Shown here piece by piece: positions 58,638-64,000 of a DNA stretch of 64,000 nucleotides (position 1 is its first letter; each line of letters opens with the position of its first letter). The stretch lies in the NCBI GenBank assembly GCA_001784175.1, contig MFPR01000014.1, positions 1 through 64,000 of the forward strand, given 5' to 3'. The notes under the pieces were generated by a model. It saw nothing but the letters and a program-made list of their open reading frames with translations, made no database searches and was not told where the DNA came from. This stretch comes from Candidatus Lindowbacteria bacterium RIFCSPLOWO2_12_FULL_62_27. Lineage in GTDB: Bacteria > Lindowbacteria > 2-12-FULL-62-27. The position numbers were made by a program, and so were the translations under genes.

Positions 58638-58923
58638 ATCCAGCGGCGGTGGCTATTGACCACCAATATGCGTAATCGTAGGAAAATACGGGGATAAAAG
58701 CAATATGCATTTATGCTATGAGTTCCTTTTTGCACAATGGTATCGAATAGTTTTGGCAAAGTATTGGCAAAGTCATTTTCGCGAATGAATCGGGTTGGCC
58801 ACCGTATGCGATTCCCTCTTTTCTATTTCAATATTCCTGATAAGATTCGTGTGGTTGTCGTCCCTGCCTGACAGAATGACATCCATGTCATTCGAGGGCA
58901 GGGACGTAACCATCCATGGTTAC

Positions 58924-59008
58924 GCCGGAGTGGCGGAACGGCAGACGCGCTAGACTCAAAATCTAGTCCGGGTCACCCCGGGTGTGGGTTCAAGTCCCTC
59001 CTCCGGCA
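58924..59008 (+). tRNA. tRNA-Leu (CAA)
   Basis: GCCGGAG acceptor, D-arm, CTAGA-CTCAAAA-TCTAG anticodon arm, long variable arm, GGTTCAAGTCC T-arm. Confidence 0.95.
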
Positions 59009-59020
59009 ATTTCAAATATC

Positions 59021-60175
59021 CTATTTTACAAGAGAAGGGCGTTTCGGAAACCCCGGAAACGTCTGCTCCACCGCACGGTCCTGTTCCGCCGCTCGCGTGG
59101 TTTCGGTGAGCGTTTTTTGTTCTTCACGAGTCGCCGTCGCTGCGGGCTGGTCCACAGTTTCTGTGGAGACGGTGGCCGCATCTTTTTCTGAAGCGGACAT
59201 ACCCGCCGGCGTCACATCCGGCGTCGCATCTTTGGCGAGCTTCTGGTCCGCGTCCACGATGCCGGCCGGATCCTGAGCGTCGCGGATTTCGACGGAGTGC
59301 CCTTTTCCGGCGTCCTGAACAAAATCCATGGTTTTTTCGTCCAAAAGACCGATGTCCTTTTCTTCCGCGGCGCCGGCTTCCATGATGGCATTCTCATTTT
59401 CCTGCAACCACTGGTTAAACTCACCGACGGCCTCTTTGGGAGTCTCTTCCGTACCGATATCACGTCCCGCCTCATCGGAGCGGTCTTCCTTGTCTTTTTC
59501 CGGCCTGCCGCCCTCATCCGCTTTTTCGCCTTTCTCATCCTTCTCGGACTTCTCATTCTTCTCGCCCTTCTCGTCGTCCTTTTTCTCCTTATCCTTGTCT
59601 TTGCCCCCTTCCTCTCCCCCTGCCTTTTGTGGGCTTAGGCCCAGGACTTCCTTCATCGCCCCCGGTAATTTGTTCGGATCCTGCGGCGCCATGAATCCAT
59701 GGCCTTCGAGCATCTTCATCTCCGTGCCGGTTTGCGGGAAATGCCCCACCTCCTGCTTGCTTCCCCGGATGCCGGCAACGGCGCTCGGCGTGGTTACGTT
59801 GAACCGATTCTGTTTTCCGCTTTTCGCATTTACTTCCGTGACGACTTTGCCGACCTGAAGGAATAGTTCCGTATAGAATTTTTGGGAGTCCTCAACCGTG
59901 CGCCCGATCACGAATTGGGTCATCGGTGTGATTTCGGTCAAGCTGTTCTCAAATGAAAGAACGGCGCTTCCGGAAATGCCGGTCGATATTTTGTCGCCGG
60001 GTTTTATCGGCATCCCTTTTGCGGCTTTCTGCCACTGCTTTTCGCCCCGCCGCATGATTTCGACGTTGCCTGTTACATCCGTCAGGACTCCAGTCATGAT
60101 CTCCGCGGCCGTCGCGGGCAAGACTAAATTCACGGCAAATAAAATAAACAAGGCCATGGTGAGTGTCCTATTCAT
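59021..60175 (-). CDS. Secreted FecR-domain protein with a long charged low-complexity tail
   Basis: Signal peptide; GDKISTG, LQVG, TPSAVAGIRG; E/K/D-rich linker. Confidence 0.8.
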   Translation of the reverse strand: MNRTLTMALFILFAVNLVLPATAAEIMTGVLTDVTGNVEIMRRGEKQWQKAAKGMPIKPGDKISTGISGSAVLSFENSLTEITPMTQFVIGRTVEDSQKFYTELFLQVGKVVTEVNAKSGKQNRFNVTTPSAVAGIRGSKQEVGHFPQTGTEMKMLEGHGFMAPQDPNKLPGAMKEVLGLSPQKAGGEEGGKDKDKEKKDDEKGEKNEKSEKDEKGEKADEGGRPEKDKEDRSDEAGRDIGTEETPKEAVGEFNQWLQENENAIMEAGAAEEKDIGLLDEKTMDFVQDAGKGHSVEIRDAQDPAGIVDADQKLAKDATPDVTPAGMSASEKDAATVSTETVDQPAATATREEQKTLTETTRAAEQDRAVEQTFPGFPKRPSLVK

Positions 60176-60731
60176 TCCGCGCCACCTGCTTCGCCATCGT
60201 CTGGGCAAGTTTGCTGACAAACCCCAGAAGATCCTTGCCGGAGACCACGTCGTCCGGAGACCGGTCTGACGGCAACAGGCCCAGATAAACAGCCTGTCTC
60301 ACCGCATAACGCTGGCTGCCCGGAAAAACGCGTGCCATGACGCCGCCCTTCAACCGGAGCGCATCGATCATCATGTGCGCGAGATTGCCGGTGGTCAGGC
60401 GGCTGTTTCGAATCACGGCGACATCCTTGCGAAATTTCACGCCGCTCTCCGCCAGAAACCTCAACTCGGATTCAATCCTCTCAGGCCCGTCGTATCCTCC
60501 CAGCCGGGCAAGAAGCCGCACGGCGTCTTCGACCGTCGCGGTTTCCTTCCTGAAAAGCGCGGCATAGAACTCCGATTCGGACGCGGCAGATGCCGGAGAA
60601 AGTCCGATCCACCCGAATAGTAAAATGACCGTGATCGCCAGAGCGCGCGACGCCATGGACGGCGTCGTACCCGGAGTCGGAGATTCTGCGACACACGGAC
60701 GTGTCGCAGCCGACGGAGGGTGCGTTTTCAT
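60168..60731 (-). CDS. Hypothetical exported helical protein (possibly SLH-like)
   Basis: Signal peptide; ends overlap both neighbours, suggesting translational coupling. Confidence 0.6.
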   Translation of the reverse strand: MKTHPPSAATRPCVAESPTPGTTPSMASRALAITVILLFGWIGLSPASAASESEFYAALFRKETATVEDAVRLLARLGGYDGPERIESELRFLAESGVKFRKDVAVIRNSRLTTGNLAHMMIDALRLKGGVMARVFPGSQRYAVRQAVYLGLLPSDRSPDDVVSGKDLLGFVSKLAQTMAKQVARNE

Positions 60732-62176
60732 AAATCGAGCGAGAACTTCAGGCGCATATAATTTTCAGCCCCGCGGTTCGTATACGCGGGGCCGGGCGAG
60801 AACCGGCCGAATTTGAACTGGTAGCTGATGTCCACGGCGGCTTTCCAAGCGACCGTCATGTCAAACTCCGAGCCGATCTTGCGAGACGATCCGGCGCCGG
60901 ACGAAATGTAGGGATCCGACGTCACACCGGATGCCTTATCGCGCGAGTAAAGGTAGTACGTCGGCTGAACGGACATATCCGACCACAGCCGGTTGGCAGA
61001 CCATCCAAACGGTTTCACGCTGGCGCCGAATTTGTAGACTTGGATATTGGTCAGCTGCGGGGCAAGCGCATATCCGAGCGTCAATCCGCCAAACGAGATG
61101 AACCGCTCATCCTTGCCGGCCGTGCTTCCGCCGAATGACGAGTTTGCGCTTCCCTGGGCGTCGCCGTCGCCGCTGCCGGCGGCGTACTCGACATAGAAAC
61201 TGGGCGCCATGGCCGTCGCGAAGTAATACCGCAACCCTCCGTCGATCGCGCTGGATGAAATGCTGACTTTTGTAGTTCCGCCCGATGGATACGTTTTGCC
61301 GGACTCCTGAATATACATCGACCAGTATCGCAGATTGCCGATCACCCGTCCCTCAAATCCCAACCCGTAATAGAGCGAATCCAATTGATGGGGTTGGCCG
61401 GTTGCGGGATTGACGGATTCGTCATTCCGGTCCTGATTCATAAGCCCGAACAGATCCAGTGTCTGGGTCTTCATGAATTTCACTTTCCATTCCATACCGT
61501 AGAACCAGCGTTTGGTCCGGCCCGATCCCGGTGAGAAATTGTCGATGTTGTCATCTGAAGGATTCTGCCGGGCGAAAAACACCTGAAACTCATTGATCCG
61601 TGAAAGGGCCTTGTAATGCAAACCGTCAACCGTGAGTCCAAACGATATGCCGCGTTCGACCATGACGAACTGCCGGCCGAGCGTGATCTGATGTTTCCAG
61701 CCTCCCGCCGGATACTGTTGTTGCAGATACAGGAGATCGACCGCCGGTCCCACCATATCCCGGCGCCGGACTGCGCCTGTTGGCGTGGAATTGAGAGACT
61801 GGGTGGCTTTCATGCGCGCGTAAAATTGCGTCTTGCCTGACCGGCTGGCGACGTTGGTGAAAAATCGAAAATCGTTCTCCCACGTGTGGTCGAGGGAATC
61901 CTGCGCGGCCACATTCCTGTCGTTTTCGTCAGACGACGAATAAGATGGCGCGTACCAGCCGCCGAAATTCATGCGCCAGCCCAAACCGCGTGCGAGGCCG
62001 CGCGTGACCCATGAGGAGCTTCCCGAAAAATCCTGTGTGCGCTTGAGTTCGTCGAGCGTTTCAACCCGCTCCCGGCGGAGTTCTTCCTGGGACATCTGCG
62101 CGTATGAGCCGGCAGAAACCATGAGCCAGAAGCCGGCAGCCAGAATGAAAATCCCGATTCTGTATTTGACACTCAT
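60728..62176 (-). CDS. Outer-membrane beta-barrel protein (alginate-export-like)
   Basis: Signal peptide, alternating aromatic strands, TLGRQ, GSGD, IGSEFD, C-terminal MRLKFSLDL. Confidence 0.7.
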   Translation of the reverse strand: MSVKYRIGIFILAAGFWLMVSAGSYAQMSQEELRRERVETLDELKRTQDFSGSSSWVTRGLARGLGWRMNFGGWYAPSYSSSDENDRNVAAQDSLDHTWENDFRFFTNVASRSGKTQFYARMKATQSLNSTPTGAVRRRDMVGPAVDLLYLQQQYPAGGWKHQITLGRQFVMVERGISFGLTVDGLHYKALSRINEFQVFFARQNPSDDNIDNFSPGSGRTKRWFYGMEWKVKFMKTQTLDLFGLMNQDRNDESVNPATGQPHQLDSLYYGLGFEGRVIGNLRYWSMYIQESGKTYPSGGTTKVSISSSAIDGGLRYYFATAMAPSFYVEYAAGSGDGDAQGSANSSFGGSTAGKDERFISFGGLTLGYALAPQLTNIQVYKFGASVKPFGWSANRLWSDMSVQPTYYLYSRDKASGVTSDPYISSGAGSSRKIGSEFDMTVAWKAAVDISYQFKFGRFSPGPAYTNRGAENYMRLKFSLDL

Positions 62177-64000
62177 CTAGCCACCGCCAGCTTGTCGACG
62201 AGTTTCGTGCCGGGCGTTTCGAGGATGTAAATGTAAACTCCCGACCCGACTTTCTGGCCAAACCGGTTGGTCGTATCCCAGATGACCAGATTGGATCCGG
62301 GATTTCCCTGGTGCTTGAATTCCCGCACGAGCCGGCCGCCGACATCGTAGATTTTCAAAGTCACGTCACCGGCCACCTGCAGATTGTATTTGAACGTCAT
62401 GCTGCCGGTTGTACCGTCCGGCCCGGGATTGGGGTATACGAACGTCTGGCTCTTGTCGAGATTGGGCGACAAAAACGCGCCCAGATATTCGGGCAATCCC
62501 ACCGCGACTGTCAGTTTCAACGACGATCCGGCGGCAAGAACGGCGGACGAGGATTTGCGCAGATTCACCGGCCCTTGCGGCAAACCCACGAGATAGGCGC
62601 CGTATTTTTCCGGCACGGATTCAAGATTGTTCCAATTTAACAGGATGTTGTCCTTCAAATCGCTCGACACACCCAATGACCAGCTCCTGGCGGTTGTCAC
62701 CGGTTCCGCGTAGGCCGCCGCGAGTCTGTTGCCGTTCTCTGCCACAACTCCAAGCGAGACAAAATTGCTAGCCACCGGCGGCGGCTCGTATCGTTCAGCG
62801 GCGGTCGCTTCTTCCGCTTTTGAAACGACGCCGATATAATTCTGAAAATCCTGCATGCCGCCGGCCGCGGCGGTAAGTTGGATCGTCCAGTTCTGGTCCG
62901 ACGCGGCATCCTGCTGATAGACCGCCGACAAAAGTTTAGGCGCCTGATTGAGAACCTCGGCGGCCGTTTCGGGTGGAACGGATGGGTTGGGATAAATCGT
63001 CATGTTGCAGGCTTTTTTCGCGTACATAAAAAATCCGACCGTCGGTTTCAAATGTATTGCCGACAGGGATGGCCGATTGATATCCGGACCCCAAGTATAG
63101 TCACTTGATCCGTTCCACCAATAGACAGCATTCTGGATTAATCCGGCGGCCTCGGCCTTGGCCGGCGTTAGTTTTTTGTCGCCGGTATCAAACCGGACAT
63201 CCGAGTCCCAGCTCACATAGAAATACTGCCCGCTGCCGACCTGATGCCAACCAGTCTTGAGGGCCACCGTTATGGTGTCATAACCGGCGGTTCCCTGGAA
63301 ATCGATCGTGCCGCTCGCATTTTGCGGATCAAAGATCCAGTACCCGCGGCCGCGAACCAGCGCGGAGGGCGTGACATAGTCGCGTTCTCCTGCCGCCGTT
63401 CCCGCATCCTGATTCCATTCCCCGATGTTGGAGAGCGGAAATTTGGCTTTGATCGCATTCTGAACATCCGCGACCGTCAGCGACTTGTTGGGCGCGATCA
63501 TCTTGAACACCGACTTGGATATCTCGAGTCCGTCCGCATACGCCACAAAAGCATCCTTGAGCGCGGAGTTCGACGCAACGGTAACAGCGACATGGTAGGG
63601 TCCGCGACGGGCGCCGAGCGTCAGCGTGTCACAGGCCATCCCGCTGTTGTCCGTGATGACGGTACTCAGCGCCAGACTCGCTCCCGCGCCGCCCGCGGGG
63701 ACGGCGATCGAGAACGTCACGGCCTGGCCCGGGACGGGATTACCGGTGTCGTCTTTCAACACGACGCAGAGCGGGCTTGGCAAGATTGTGGAGTGCGTGC
63801 CCAACTGGTGGTTGTTGAGAAGAATGATCTTTGTCGGCAACCCCGGAACCGCAACCCTGAACCGCCTCGACGTAGAGTTCAATCCGACATTCCGCAACCG
63901 GTCAATGGCCCGGACACGCCAGTAATACGTGCCGTCGCTAAGATTGGCCACGGTGTCGCTCGTCCTGCTTGCAGAAACCGTGTCAGCAAACAGCAAACTC
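62173..64000 (-). CDS. Large surface protein, C-terminal part: FN3 repeat, Big_1-like Ig domain, FlgD-Ig/T9SS-type C-terminal domain (partial)
   Basis: YYWRVRAID; DDTGNPVPGQAVTF..TDNSG; YPNP..LKIYDVGGRLVR..WD..GQKVGSGVYIY. Confidence 0.85.
   Translation of the reverse strand, partial: SLLFADTVSASRTSDTVANLSDGTYYWRVRAIDRLRNVGLNSTSRRFRVAVPGLPTKIILLNNHQLGTHSTILPSPLCVVLKDDTGNPVPGQAVTFSIAVPAGGAGASLALSTVITDNSGMACDTLTLGARRGPYHVAVTVASNSALKDAFVAYADGLEISKSVFKMIAPNKSLTVADVQNAIKAKFPLSNIGEWNQDAGTAAGERDYVTPSALVRGRGYWIFDPQNASGTIDFQGTAGYDTITVALKTGWHQVGSGQYFYVSWDSDVRFDTGDKKLTPAKAEAAGLIQNAVYWWNGSSDYTWGPDINRPSLSAIHLKPTVGFFMYAKKACNMTIYPNPSVPPETAAEVLNQAPKLLSAVYQQDAASDQNWTIQLTAAAGGMQDFQNYIGVVSKAEEATAAERYEPPPVASNFVSLGVVAENGNRLAAAYAEPVTTARSWSLGVSSDLKDNILLNWNNLESVPEKYGAYLVGLPQGPVNLRKSSSAVLAAGSSLKLTVAVGLPEYLGAFLSPNLDKSQTFVYPNPGPDGTTGSMTFKYNLQVAGDVTLKIYDVGGRLVREFKHQGNPGSNLVIWDTTNRFGQKVGSGVYIYILETPGTKLVDKLAVAR

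Overview
GC-rich bacterial chromosomal segment, mostly minus-strand genes, from an LPS-producing diderm with Firmicutes-like gene order (tilS-hpt-ftsH-folP-[PilZ]-cdaA-cdaR-glmM-waaF; asp23; rpmB). This suggests a deep-branching or candidate-phylum organism (inference; lineage not determined). Housekeeping blocks: rodA, pyruvate dehydrogenase pdhABC-lpdA with a fused lipB-lipA, a split thiE, surE, an A1-type cytochrome c oxidase operon, an L,D-transpeptidase/lipoprotein cluster, a Phd-VapC toxin-antitoxin pair, gpmA, yggS-proC-yggT, a YfhO-family protein and tRNA-Leu(CAA). Both window edges cut large secreted FN3/Ig-repeat surface-protein genes. Best candidate for an undescribed system: a 1714-aa protein joining a PI3K/PI4K/HipA-like kinase domain to a tandemly duplicated HD-phosphohydrolase module (second copy degenerate), preceded directly by a 56-bp palindromic (TGATATCA)n array. 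Other notable signals: palindromic MITE/REP-like elements and heptamer repeats inserted in frame inside proteins; an apparently catalytically dead MshEN-PilB; a Lys-terminated coiled-coil lipoprotein next to L,D-transpeptidases; an FtsH with an extra C-terminal domain; four tiny tandem ORFs; a truncated inverted tRNA-Leu with att-like repeats; several apparently leaderless genes; and dense cyclic-nucleotide signalling genes. No CRISPR array, rRNA or transposase/integrase gene was seen. All calls come from reading motifs by eye; no database searches were run.
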